The notes beneath the pieces are model-generated. The model was not told the origin of the DNA. It was given only the letters and a program-made list of their open reading frames with translations, and searched no databases. Positions 24,976 through 36,975 of a DNA stretch of 64,000 bases are shown here, in pieces. The DNA lies in assembly GCF_006345805.1 (NCBI RefSeq), contig NC_043017.1, positions 12,524,001-12,588,000 on the forward strand. Direction: 5' to 3'. The translations under genes and the position numbers were made by a program. Every line of letters begins with the position of its first letter. The stretch's first letter is position 1. The stretch comes from Octopus sinensis (lineage: Eukaryota).

Positions 24976-25712
24976 GCATGGCATTTCATATATGAATATA
25001 TGCAGCACTAAAAATGTATGCACAAGCACACGTGTTCTATGTGTGTATATGTTTGTATATGCCTGTGTATATATCATTGTGTATACACAGTCGAAGATGT
25101 GAGCATGCTGTTACTTAAGTATTCGTGCATGGACAAGTCATCCTGTTGTGCACATATAAACAAGCATCTTTTTAAAATGCAGATATAAACAAAGCGATGA
25201 CAAATATTTACACGTGTGTAAAATGCACATCATTACACATTGCACCTGCTGCACCATATTTCACCTACAGACCCCTTTGATTATTAAATTTATTCTGGTG
25301 ACCCACCCCCACCAAACACACACACACACACAGCCATTTGATGTTTAAAAAACTAGTTTTACAGAAACTTTTTTCAAAATTCCTATTTTCTTATTTGCCC
25401 CTTAACTTGTGAAAGTCGAACTATGCAAAATGTTAGAGAAAGAAACCTAACTATTTCATGCAATACATACATCTAAAGCAAAACTTTTTCAGGGGCCCTT
25501 AAAATACTATTCTGGATCCCTAATTTTTTATTTTGTTACATGGGCCCCCAAAATCTTATATGGACCCTAATTGAGAACCACTGCCTAGCATGCATGGCTA
25601 AGTTAACAGCCCAAGTCTTCCGTGGTTGTAGTTAAGACTAAGCTGTATAACCACAGGAACTTGAGCCAATACATGGTAACACAATCTGTCAGAAACAGCA
25701 GCCAAATTTCTC

Positions 25713-25941
25713 TTAACCTTTTTGTTGTCATATTTCTGTAGAAATGCACTGCTTTTCTTTAATTAATTTTTTTAAATAATGAAGAATTTAGTAAAACAAT
25801 TTTGCTATCATTTATCTGGTGTTTGGAACACAAACAAACATGAAATTTTAAGGGAAGTTTTAAATTACATTGTTTTAAAACAAAAGCTTATATTGAAGAA
25901 CCAGATTCAATCTCAGGTTAGGTTGGTGTGAAAAGGGTTAA
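25713..25941. mobile_element. old piggyBac-like MITE (221 bp between TTAA sites)
   Basis: TTAA|ccttttt ... aaaaggg|TTAA; interior loosely resembles 63449-63669. Confidence 0.6.
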
Positions 25942-26985
25942 CTCATATCTTCTTATTATGTTGTATTAATGCTCAGCAGCACAATGGTTCTTCAGACTCA
26001 CAGACATGAACATCAATCCAATATCAATCAAATCATCCATTCAGCCATGCCTGCTACATGTGCTCATGAGGAAGCTTACACATGGTTGCTTAATAATCTT
26101 CATAAGAAGCTAAATCTTCTTCAAATCCCACCATGAAATGGGGTGGGGAAAATAATCAAGTCAATAATTGTAGCTCAAGATATTCGTTGTATTCGGGTTA
26201 ATAAACAGGCAGGTCATGTTTGGAGTGTCTTTGATCATGAGTCTGATCTAGGCCTAAACAATAATGACAACAGTAACTACAACAAACATTCTCTACATTA
26301 AAAAAAAAGCAGTAAAGTAAGAAACAAAATATAAACAACACAGGCATAGGAGTGGCTGTGTGGTAAGTAGCTTCCTTACCAACCACATGGTTCCGGGTTC
26401 AGTCCCACTGCATGGTACCTTGGGCAAGTCTGTGCGTGTGTGTGTGTGTGTGTGTGTTTGTGTTTATCTCCGCCAACGTCGCTTGACAACCGAAAGAAAC
26501 AAAATCCAAATCAGGGGGAGATGCCACCCAGGAGGAACCAAGGAACCCCACAAATCCTAAACCACCCTACTCATTGAGAATTTCATGACAAGTGTGACAC
26601 TCTCCTCCATACACCCCAACCTACAAGCACCAGCTTAGAATAGGCCCACTTCATCGCATTCACCCACCTGTCAACAAATTTACTAGGGAGAAGGCTGCAC
26701 ATCCATCTCAACTTTCGCCTTCTTTTCAAGTGAAATTTTTAAAAGTTGATGAAGCCCTAGGGATGAGGCCTGTAGCTTTGTTTGAGGAGTGTTAGCCAGT
26801 TCTATCACAACCCAGCACTTGTCTGGTACTTTTATTTTATCAACAAGTTCCCTCACTCTAAACACGATGTAAGGGCAAAGTTTACCTTGGTGGAATTTTA
26901 ATGTAGAGCATAAAAAGCCAGAAATGCCATGGACATGACAATGGTGATGATGAAATAAATAAATTTGAAATGACAAACTACTTAC

Positions 26986-27073
26986 CATAAGGAAAGAAAC
27001 TGGATACCAGCCAAGCCCTTAAAGATTTGAAACCAAGAACTAGAAGGTGCCAACATCCACAGGCACCAGCCAT
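26986..27073 (-). CDS. speculative first coding exon (MAGACGCWHLLVLGFKSLRAWLVSSFFPY, phase 1)
   Basis: ATG with A at -3 and G at +4, 29 codons plus 1 nt, then a consensus G|gtaagt donor, in non-repeat DNA. No homology recognised. Confidence 0.2.
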
Positions 27074-28241
27074 TCTTGCAGGAGGTGGGGGAGATGGAGA
27101 AAGAGGAGAAGACAAGGCTCAACAGTCAGAATTGGAAGAGAGAAAAAATGACATAACGAGATAACGAAAGAATACTCCTTCAAATGATCCAAAGTCGGAG
27201 TCGTTTAATAACATGAACGAAATTAGAGAGACAGCAAAGGAGACCGAGGGAGAGGGAGAGGAAGGGAAAGAGAGGGAGAGAGAAAGATAAAAAGAAGAGT
27301 AGATTGAAGAGGAGGGAAAGAGGAAGAGAGGAGGAGGAGAGGCTGGCGGGGTGGCAGGAATATATGCAGCAGATGTGACGGCTCTATTGTGATGACAAAT
27401 AACAACAACCAATGTCTTTCAAGAGAAGAATAAGAAAGTGGCGTGAGATATTGAAAGAAAGAATGAAAAAGAGAAAGCAAGAATGAGAAAAAGAGAGAGA
27501 GAGATAGAAAGAAAAAAAGAAGGAAATATCTAAGTCTTCAACAAGGGAGAGAGAATCATCATCACCACCAACAGCAGGAGTAACAACAGTGATAGTAATA
27601 GTATTGGTAGTAGTAATGCAATGCCACGTCACTGAAGACTGGGTCTTTGGATAGATAGGTTCACTTGTGCCAACTAACTACAGTGCTGGTACAAAAGTGC
27701 ATTCAGTCCCATCACCACTACCATTTACCGCCATCACTACTACTATAACCATCACCACCACAACCACCACTACCACTACCACAATCATCATCACCATCTT
27801 CTACTCTGTCCAGGTCATACAAAAAACAATTAGTCTGAATATTTCTAATTAACTGATTTTAAGATATTCTGCAGCAACATCGCCTAAATAAACACATGTG
27901 TGTGGTAGGGACATGTGTGTCGCACAGACGTGTGTGCATGTGTGTGTGTGTGTGTGTGTCTGTATGTCTGTATGTATATATGTATTTTTGTATGTATGCA
28001 TGCATATATGAGTGCGTGTAATGTTTAATACATACAGAGCTGTTATGTACGTGTCTGTATTATGGTCAAAATGTGAAGAAGGTAGCAATACAAGAAATAT
28101 CAAATGACTTCAGGTGACCAGGTGAGAAACAAGGTAGAATAAGCAACCAACCAAACCAACCACTCTTTTCTATAATGGTGAGTAAAAATCCTTGAGATAA
28201 GTGATAAGACACAAATGCATTAATGCAACAGGCTGATGTGA

Positions 28242-28287
<46 letters not shown>

Positions 28288-28322
28288 TAAGGCAATTCGT
28301 TGCTAAAACCCTTTATTGCTTA

Positions 28323-28359
<37 letters not shown>

Positions 28360-28450
28360 TAGGTAGATTTATTGGCTAAGCACAAGTATTGTAAGAAAAT
28401 CACATCATACAGTAATCTGTGGATTTTTGGCATACTACAAGGTGACTAAT

Positions 28451-28485
<35 letters not shown>

Positions 28486-28568
28486 GGTAATAATTCAGCT
28501 TTGCATGAAAAATGCATACACATTGTACAACAATTGCCTTAAGAGGGAATTCGGTAGACAGAAACTGG

Positions 28569-28916
28569 ATGGTTCTGGGCTCAGTCCCACTGCATGGCAC
28601 CTTGGTCAAGTGTCTTCTACTATAGCCTCGGGCCGACCAAAGCCTTGTGAGTGGATTTGGTAGATGGAAACTGAAAGAAGCCTGTCGTATATATGTATAT
28701 ATATATATATGTATGTGTGTCTGTGTTTGTACCCCCAACATCGTTTGACAACTGATGCTGGTGTGTTTACGTCCCCGTAACTTAGCGGTTCAGCAAAAGA
28801 GACAGATAGAATAAGTACTAGGCTTACAAAGAATAAGTCCTGGGGTCAATTTGCTCGACTAAAGGCGGTGCTGCAGCATGGCCACAGTCAAATGACTGAA
28901 GCAAGTAAAAGAGTAA
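28569..28916 (+). mobile_element. SINE family A, 5'-truncated
   Basis: atggttctgggctcagtcccactg to gactgaagcaagtaaaagagta. Confidence 0.9.
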
Positions 28917-29240
28917 CAGAGTTGCTGTCATGGTTCAGAACAATGCACATTTGTGCTATTTGCCTGCTATTTCTAGCAAATCAAGCGACCAAATAGATGC
29001 TCTGTGTGTTTATAATGTTGTGTGTTTATAATGTTGAGTGTAATTACATCAAATAATACCTGAAAAACACATTCATAAAAATAAATTAGTTTTAAACATT
29101 CACTAGAATCAGTTACTGTTGCATAGCTAATTGGTGTGTTAATTAGCAGAAGGTGCCTTTTGTACTGAGACCCTAATAAACAACAGCTAGACTATCGCAT
29201 CAGCGAAGAAGAGCACCTGGCCAAGCATCGATTTACTGAC

Positions 29241-29334
29241 CTAGCATCGCCACGGTGACACACAACCATGCAGCTACTATGGCACTGGCAAGTGCAAGAG
29301 ACATGGTGCTGGCCAGCTGGATGGTTGGCAACAT
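29241..29334 (-). CDS. speculative signal-peptide exon (MLPTIQLASTMSLALASAIVAAWLCVTVAML, phase 1)
   Basis: Two in-frame accATG starts, a hydrophobic non-repetitive peptide, and a G|gtcagt donor after 31 codons plus 1 nt, in a CpG-containing unique island. No homology recognised. Confidence 0.3.
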
Positions 29335-29439
29335 GGTTTGCAGGCCGGTCGGTCGGTCGGTCGGTTGTCTTGTCAATGTTTGGAGAGAAAGAGAGAGGTT
29401 GGGCAGATGTGGCCATCAAATCAGAAGGTGGCAGTGGTG

Positions 29440-29780
29440 GTGGTGGTTTTGGTGCTGGTGTTGGGAGGGGGGGTTCCTGATGGTAATGGTGGAGGTGATG
29501 CTGCTGGATAGTAGTAGTAGTAGTAGTAGTTGTGGTGGTGGTGGTTGTGGTGAAGGTGGTGGTGGCGGTGAAGGTGGTGGTGGTGATGAAGGTGGTGGTG
29601 GTGGTGAAGGTGGTGGTGGTTGTGGTGGTGGTGAAGGTGGTGGTGGTGATGAAGGTGGTGGTGGTGGTGGTGGTGATGAAGGTGGTGGTGGTGTGGTGGT
29701 GGTGGTGGTGGTGGTGGTGAAGTGGTGGTGGTGGTGGTGGTGGTGGGTAAGGTGGTGGTGAAGGTGGTGGTGGTGATGCT
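29440..29780. repeat. (GGT)n tract with gaaggtggtggtggtgat higher-order units
   Basis: Visible directly in sequence. Confidence 0.95.
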
Positions 29781-29883
29781 ATTTAACCAGATGTCACTCC
29801 TGAACAAACAGATCTAAGATCAAAGCCATTTCTGTTATGTCTATGCCATTTTGGATTCTATCATAGTGCACGTGTGTCCGTGA

Positions 29884-29928
<45 letters not shown>

Positions 29929-30318
29929 TCTTCCCCCACCACCTCCAGACATAGTAGATCTAGATCTTCCTTTTCTCTTTTTGCTCCTTTTATCAAAGAC
30001 AGAAGGATACAATATGATTTGAGGAAGTATTGGTTGCCCTTTATAGCAGATCAGGCAGATCCCTTTCATTTCATTTTTAAAAACTAGAGTCTGATTTCAG
30101 CAAGATTTGGCTGCTATTTCTAGTGGGGTCAAGTGTCATGCAATGATATGTCTGACAGCAATTTTGGTATTTAGTCACAGATCAGCCTTGACTGAGGAAT
30201 CCTGCAATCGAAAGCAGTGATCTAAGACACAGATAAATATCTGAGCCCCACCCCCATACCACAAAATGTTTTGCCCCACCACACACTCTTTAATAATTCT
30301 TTCTAAATTAAGCGCAAA

Positions 30319-30625
30319 GAACTGCACGCGCACATGCATCAGCCTGCAGCCTCCCACCTCATGGCTATCCATTGCATGCGCTAGTACGGATATGTCCTCT
30401 GTCTCCCGCGAGATCATTCTACCAGGGCTTTGCTCGCCTTCGATGCAGCAGCAGTGGGCTGGAAGAGGCCTTGTGGCAGGCCCTACACCAGATGGCTGGA
30501 TGTGATTTGGGAAAGATCCCCAGAAAATGACTCAAAGTCACCTTGGAGGATGCAGAGGGGCTTGCAGAGGGATGCCAGTGATGGAGAGCACTGATGGACC
30601 TGGTCGCTCTACGCATGATGCCACC
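30319..30625 (+). mobile_element. decayed RTE-clade LINE ORF C-terminus (second family)
   Basis: Frame from 30319: ELHAHMHQPAASHLMAIHCMR*YGYVLCLPRDHSTRALLAFDAAAVGWKRPCGRPYTRWLDVI, matching the RTE motifs LRWxGHVxR and GRPxxRWxDxI; the Trp codon has become TAG at 30382. Confidence 0.75.
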
Positions 30626-30730
30626 TCTGGGACCACTAACTTGGAATGACCCCAGCCACAAGAGCATGAAGCCAAGCAACATTAAGCACTAGGCCAATAA
30701 TTTTGAGGTGGGGGTGATTTAGGTCTACAG

Positions 30731-30986
30731 CAGTGGTTCTCAACCATTTTTCCCTATGGACACATCAGACTCCTGTATTACTTGGGAGGACCACCATAGC
30801 CATTTGTTGTTTAATAAAATCCTACTATATTTTTATAATTAAATATTATTAGGAATGGTATTACAAAAATTCTTTAAATATTTTGCATATTATAAAAATA
30901 AAACCAATTTATTGTATGTAAATTTTAACAATAAACACCTATATGGGCCCCCCAAGGGTCATAGAAACCCCAGTTCAAAACCACTG
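30731..30986. mobile_element. hAT (Charlie-like) MITE
   Basis: TIRs cagtggttctcaa ... ttcaaaaccactg. A related 3' end lies at 25470-25583 and a 5' end at about 16989. Confidence 0.7.
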
Positions 30987-30987
30987 C

Positions 30988-31186
30988 TTAAACCCTTTAG
31001 CATTTGTGCACATTGCTTTGAATTAACCATGCGTTATCTTGTAGGTTTGAGGTTTCAGTCACTTGACCGTCTGTTTTTAGAATAACATTGTAGGATAGGT
31101 GAGAGGCCAGATCTAGCCAGCTTAAACATAAAACAGGTAGAATAAATATCTGGGCCCGATATGGTCAGTTTAAATGCTAAAAGGGA
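30988..31186. mobile_element. diverged piggyBac-like MITE, family P1
   Basis: ttaaaccctttagcattt...gtttaaatgctaaaaggg; interior homologous to 21741-21961. Confidence 0.7.
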
Positions 31187-31514
31187 CAAATAACCAAATT
31201 TTTAAAAATTTTATGTGCTTCAGGTAAGTGGTCAATATCAATTTATTCAATTTTTTTCCCCAAAAGTTTGTCCTATAAAGAATTAAATCATTTTGAAAGT
31301 AAAATGCAAACATTTGAGAATGATTACTTCTTGTAAGTATTCCCCAATTATTGGCTAGAATGATTTTTGATTACCGGTCAATTTCATTACACAGCTGACC
31401 TTGCACCAAATAACATTACTGTTATATTATAGTGAAAATGATAGCATAAGGAGAGGTCATATATGGCAGTTGGGTAAGAAACTGAAACCTGAATGATATC
31501 AATATGGACGTAAG

Positions 31515-31770
31515 TGCTGGTGTGGCTATGTAGTTTAAGAAGTTTGCTTCCCAACTTCATAGTTTTGGGTTCAACCCCACTACACAGCACTTTGGACATC
31601 TTCTGCTAAAGCCCTTGGATTTGGTAAACAGAAACTGCAAGAAGCCTGACGTGTGTGTGTGTGTGTGCATGTCTGTCACACACCTACCACTTGACAACTG
31701 GTGTCAGTTTGTTTATGTCCCCCATAGCTTGGCAATTCAGCACAGAATCCAGTGACTGAAACAAGTGCTA
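31515..31770 (+). mobile_element. old family A-like SINE
   Basis: gtgtggctatgtagtttaagaagtttgcttccc...gtgactgaaacaagtg. Confidence 0.65.
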
Positions 31771-32232
31771 ATAAAAAAATTTAAAAGAAAAACGTTTTAT
31801 GTTTCTTTTTTCAGGCATTGTCTACCTTGGACTACATTAAGCAATGCAATTGATTTTGATTTTCCAGTTTCAGCTAATGAGCTGTGGCCATGCTGGGGCA
31901 ATATAAACTTTCCTTTTTTTTTTTTTTGTTTCATTTAAAAAAAAAAACAATGAAGTGTAATCGAAAGAAAATTTGGCTGTTGTTTCTGGCTAAACAGGAG
32001 CTCAGGCATTGGCTTAAATCCCTGAGCTGTCTGTATACTCCAGCTGGTTACAGAGGTAATAGAGTGGTGGGGTGGGGGTGAACATTAACACCTTAACTTT
32101 GTGACTAAATAACAGTATCTATGTAATCTCCAGGTCAGCAAATATAGAACAAGTTACCTGTTGATTAGTATGTGTGTGTGTATGTGTGTGTATACAAATG
32201 TACAACTCTAAGTGTGTATGTATGTATATATA

Positions 32233-32283
<51 letters not shown>

Positions 32284-32373
32284 TACGCCTATGAATGAGT
32301 GTATACGTATCAGTATGTATATGTATGCATGTACATATGTGTACAAATGTATATGTGTATATATGTTTACAAA

Positions 32374-32405
<32 letters not shown>

Positions 32406-32921
32406 GGCTACCTTTAGAAGAAGCAACAGCATATGGTTAGTAGTTGTAGTAGTAGCTGCAGCAGTGGTGGTGGTGGTGGCCGTGCCAGTAGTGGTATTAG
32501 TATTTGTTGCAGCAGCAGCAGCAGTAGTAGTAGTGATGGTGGTGGTAGTGGGGATAGAAGTAGTAGCCATAATAGTAGTAGTAGTAGTAGTGGTTGTGGT
32601 GGGGATAGAAGTAGTAGCCATAATAGTAGTAGTAGTAGTGGTGGTGGCGGCGGGGATAGAAGTAGTAGTAGCCGTAGTAGTAGTAGAAGTAGTAGTAGTA
32701 GCAGCAGCAGTAGTAGCAGACCTAGAGCTGACTTTGACTAAGCACATACTTGGCAAGCAAGCGGTGTGTGGTTGGGGAATGTCTGGTGATCCAGTTCTGA
32801 TTTTTTCCAATACAACCAACCTTGACATGGCTGTTCTTACAGTCGCCGCAGCCTGTCCTGGATATATCGTACTACTGTATATATCGCATGACAATACAGG
32901 TATCTTCTCCAGCTACGCACG

Positions 32922-32957
<36 letters not shown>

Positions 32958-33279
32958 AGTGTGTATGTATCATCATCACCATCGTTACCATCATCATTTT
33001 AACATTTGCATTTTTTCAAGCTTGCACAAGACAGAGCAAAATTGGTTTTTAGGCAGAATTTCTACAGCCGGATGGACACCTTTCCGGTCACCAACCCTCA
33101 TCTGTTACCAAGCATAGCTACTATTCCCCCATGATCAAACATGCTTTTCAAGGAAGACTGCAAATGAACAACACCACTCGTATGACAGTGACGTTCGCTT
33201 ACCACCATCCCATGACATCAAGACAAGAGTACACACAAACACAGATGCATACATATTTACATACACATACATAACATAT

Positions 33280-33478
33280 ATGTTGATGAATTTCCATCCA
33301 AAGCTTCTAGTTATTATTATATTTATCCTACACAATATAGCAAGACCTGAGTTATGACCTTCCCGTAAAATTACTCTGGAAAACAGGAATACGTGGTAGC
33401 CAGAATAAATAGCAGAGGAGCTTTTTATAAGCAAACCCAAAAATGCTTCCCATGAAATCCCATAAGCTAACTTAGAGG

Positions 33479-33480
<2 letters not shown>
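33280..33480 (+). mobile_element. possible Penelope-like GIY-YIG remnant
   Basis: Stop-interrupted frame LMNFHPKLL...KITLENRNTW*PE*IAEELFISKP, loosely resembling the ExxFI motif at the end of PLE endonucleases. Weak. Confidence 0.3.
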
Positions 33481-33519
<39 letters not shown>

Positions 33520-33566
33520 AAAATATGATAGAAGAAGGAAAATTCACACAATATATATACTTTTAA

Positions 33567-33840
33567 TCTATATATCTATATATATAAAACTGAGAGTGTG
33601 TGTGTATCTGTCTGCATGTGTGCATCGCTAAAACTCAAGAACTACCCAACTGATTTCATTCAAATTTTACACATGCATTACTTAGGGTTCATGGAGAGTC
33701 ATGAGCCAAAAGAAATTTCAAATTCTTGCCTAATGCAAGCCCAGAGCAATCTCTTAAACTGTTTCAGTATTATGTGTCAAAAGTGAAACAATAACATCTC
33801 TATTGTAACGTGATGTAATATTGTTTCACTTTTAATTCAA
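33567..33840 (+). mobile_element. non-autonomous Helitron-like 5' part
   Basis: a|TCTATATATCTATATATATAAAA start, followed by a tgtg/tctg microsatellite and aactacccaactgatttcattcaaatttt, the architecture of Lep1-type non-autonomous Helitrons. Confidence 0.55.
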
Positions 33841-33842
33841 TT

Positions 33843-35030
33843 GTGATAACACTAAGACCATCTTCCGCCACATTCCAGGGAGAAAAACTAGAAATAGTTG
33901 ATAGTTTCCGTTACCTAGGTGATCAAGTCAGTAGCAGGGGCGGGTGTGCCGAAAGTGTAACTGCTAGAGTAAGAATAGCCTGGGCAAAGTTCAGAGAGCT
34001 CTTACCTCTGCTGGTGACAAAAGGCCTCTCGCTCAGAGTAAAAGGCAGACTGTATGACGCATGTGTACGAACAGCCATGCTACATGGCAGTGAAACATGG
34101 GCCGTGACTGCTGAGGATATGTGTAAGCTTGCAAGAAACGAAGCCAGTATGCTCCGATGGATGTGTAATGTCAGTGTTCATACCCGACAGAGTGTAAGTG
34201 CCATGAGAGAAAAGTTGAACCCAAGAAGCATCAGATGTGGTGTGAAAGAGACGTCTACGCTGGTATGGACACATGGTAAGAATAGATGAAGATAGTTGTG
34301 TGAAAAAGTGCCACACCCTAGCGGTTGAGGGAACCTGTGGAAGAAGTAGACTCAGGAAAACCTGGGACGAGGTGGTGAAGCATGACCTTCGCTCTTTAGG
34401 TCTTACTGAGGAAATGACAAGAGACCGAGACCTTTGGAAGTATGCGGTGCATGAGAAAACCCGGCAGGACAAGTGAGGCCATAACCCGTGGCCCCTACCT
34501 GGGACGTAGTCAGTCCACCTGTGCATACCTTCCTTCTTGGGATACATAACTCTACTTGTGAAGACTTGTTGAGGCAAGTGCAAATCAAAGAATCAAAAAA
34601 TCAAATCAAATCGAAATCGATCAACATCAATGGAATTTGTAGTTTTGTGGTACCAGTGCCGGTGGCACATAAGAAAACCATCCGAACGTGGCCGTAGCCA
34701 GTACCGCATCAACTGGCCTCCGTGCTGGTGGCACGTAACAAACACCATCCGATTGTGGCCGTTGCCTGCCTCGCCTGGCCTCCGTGCCAGTGGCACGTAA
34801 AAAGCACCATCCGAGCGTGGCCGTTCACCAGCCTCATCTGGCACCTATGTCGGTGGCACATAAAAAGCACCCACTACGCTCACGGAGTGGAAGGGCATCC
34901 AGCTGTAGAAACACTGCCAGATCTGACTGGCCTGGTGCAGCCTTCGGGCTTCCCAGACCCCAGTTGAACCGTCCAACCCATGCTAGCATGGAAAGCGGGC
35001 GTTAAACGATGATGATGATGATGATGATGA
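33843..35030 (+). mobile_element. RTE-clade LINE, 5'-truncated (RT C-terminus, 3' UTR, (GAT)n tail)
   Basis: LEIVDSFRYLGD...RIAWAKFRELLPLL...LYDACVRTAMLHGSETW, a frameshift near 34248, then RRLRWYGHMVR...KTWDEVVKHDL...DRDLWK (stop at 34476). The UTR carries tggcacgtaaaaagcacc subrepeats and ends gttaaacgatgatgatg. Confidence 0.95.
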
Positions 35031-35684
35031 GGCCATGCTGGGGCAATGCCTTGAAGAAATTTTAGTCGAATGAATCAACCCCCAATTTTTTTTTTTTTAT
35101 AAAGTCTGGTACATATGTAAGTCAGGTACACATGCAAGACGGATATGCATAAAACAGGTATATGAACAAGATAGGTATACAAAGTGGACAGACATACATA
35201 TAAGACAGGTACATGCATAATACAGATATACCTATAAGACATAAAAGATGTACAAAACAGGTACAAACATACAAGGCAGGTACAGACACAATACAGATGC
35301 ATGTGTAAGACAGGTGCATGTACAAGATGAATACAGAAACAAGAAAGGTACATGCATAAGACAGGTACGAGTAGAAGGCAGGTAGAACCAAAACCAACAG
35401 ATGTTCCTGAAGTCTAATAAAATTGAAAAGCAACAAATCCACACACACACACACAAATCATGTAGTCAAATTTCGATTTCCATAAAATTATGAATACTGA
35501 AAATGTGACAAGTACAAAAGAACAGTTTAGTCATTGGAATTAGATAACAAAAACAGAAAAGATGACGATGATGATGATGATGATGACAACACTACTACCA
35601 CCACCACCACCACCACAACCATAGGCTCCAACTGAGTTAACCTCTTTGGAACTCGCTGCTCCCCATAAACAAGGTAGGCTCAGG

Positions 35685-35995
35685 TGTATGCTGGATTGCT
35701 AGAGCAGATGTTTAAAGGAACTTCCACTGATGTGAGCCAGCCCCTACAGTGCCCTGGGCCACTGGAGCAAATCATACTGCAATTGGATCTGGCAAAGAGC
35801 CAACCCCTGATGTGCGCAGGGCTGCTGGAACAGATCCTACAGAGAAAATTACCCCTGACGAGAACCAGCCTTAGATGAGTGTTGATGAACTATTAAAGCA
35901 GGTCCTAATGTGAATTACCCCTAACAAGAACCAGGCTCCCTGGTGTGTGTTGAATCACAAGAACAGATTTTGATAAAGAAGGTTCTGCCAAAAAG
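35685..35995 (+). repeat. degenerate 63-68-bp tandem repeat (about 5 units)
   Basis: Anchor ga(g/a)ca(g/a)a at 35702, 35765, 35828, 35896 and 35961. The first three units translate as 21-aa repeats (GLLEQ/GPLEQ/GLLEQ...QPL). Confidence 0.75.
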
Positions 35996-36047
35996 AATGT
36001 GTGTGCGTGTGTGTTCGCGCATACACACACACACACACACACACGTG

Positions 36048-36104
<57 letters not shown>

Positions 36105-36581
36105 CATACACATATACATACATGTGTGTGTGTATATATATATATATGTTATACATACATGTGTGTGCATATATATATATCTATCAAAGTGGACGTTAAA
36201 CGATGATATATATATATATTATATATATATATATGCACACAGATGTATGTATATGTGTATGTATGTATGTATAATATATATAGCATCATATATATATATA
36301 TATATATATATAAATATTGGGTTGCCAGATAAATTCATTCATTTCTGGGGTTTTTTTCTTTTTCCATTCTACTATAATCCTTTCCAATGTTATTTGAATT
36401 AACACAAGAAATATTTTTATGTTTAATGAATTTCTTTTGGTTTTTCCTTTGTAACTCAATTCTTCTCCAACAAATTTTGTGTATCACTTTTGAAATTTGA
36501 ATAAATTTTACCTCTTTTCACTCTACGGATGACGCAATGCAAAGCAGAAAAAAAAAAATAAAAAAGAATTTGACTGACATC

Positions 36582-36975
36582 CTGTGGCTGTGTGGTAAGA
36601 AGCTTGCTTTCTAACTACATGGTTCTGAGTTCAATCCCAATGCATGACACCTTGGGCAAGTGTCGTCTACTATGGCCTTGGACCAACCAAGGTCTTATGA
36701 GTAGATTTGGTAGACGGAAACTGAAAGAAGCCCATCATGTATGTGTGCGTGTGTGTGTTTCAGTCTGTGTTCCACCACTGCTTGGTAACCGGTGTTAGTT
36801 TGTTTACGACCCCATAACCTAGCAGTTTGGCAAAGGAGACCAATAGAATGGGTATCTGGTTTAAATATTAAAAAAAAGTATGTCAGTTTGTTTAACCGAA
36901 AACCCTTCAAGGTGGTGCTCCAGCCTGGCTGCAGTCTTATGACTGAAACAAGTAAAAGATAAAAGTTAAAGAGAC
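36582..36975 (+). mobile_element. old family A-like SINE
   Basis: tgtggctgtgtggtaagaagcttgc to gactgaaacaagtaaaagataaaag. Confidence 0.8.

Noticed and set aside
29255-29807. Gly-rich, His-rich and Val-rich ORFs
   Set aside because: Translations of (GGT)n. The metal-binding or structural-protein look is an artefact.
32299-32958. 219-aa Val/Ala-rich and 175-aa Thr-rich (mucin-like) ORFs
   Set aside because: (GTA)n/(GCA)n repeats with a short repeated unit; no splice or homology support.
34620-34870. Regularly spaced tggcacgtaaaaagcacc repeats resembling a CRISPR array
   Set aside because: Spacers are similar to each other, the repeats lie in a LINE 3' UTR, the context is eukaryotic, and there are no cas genes.
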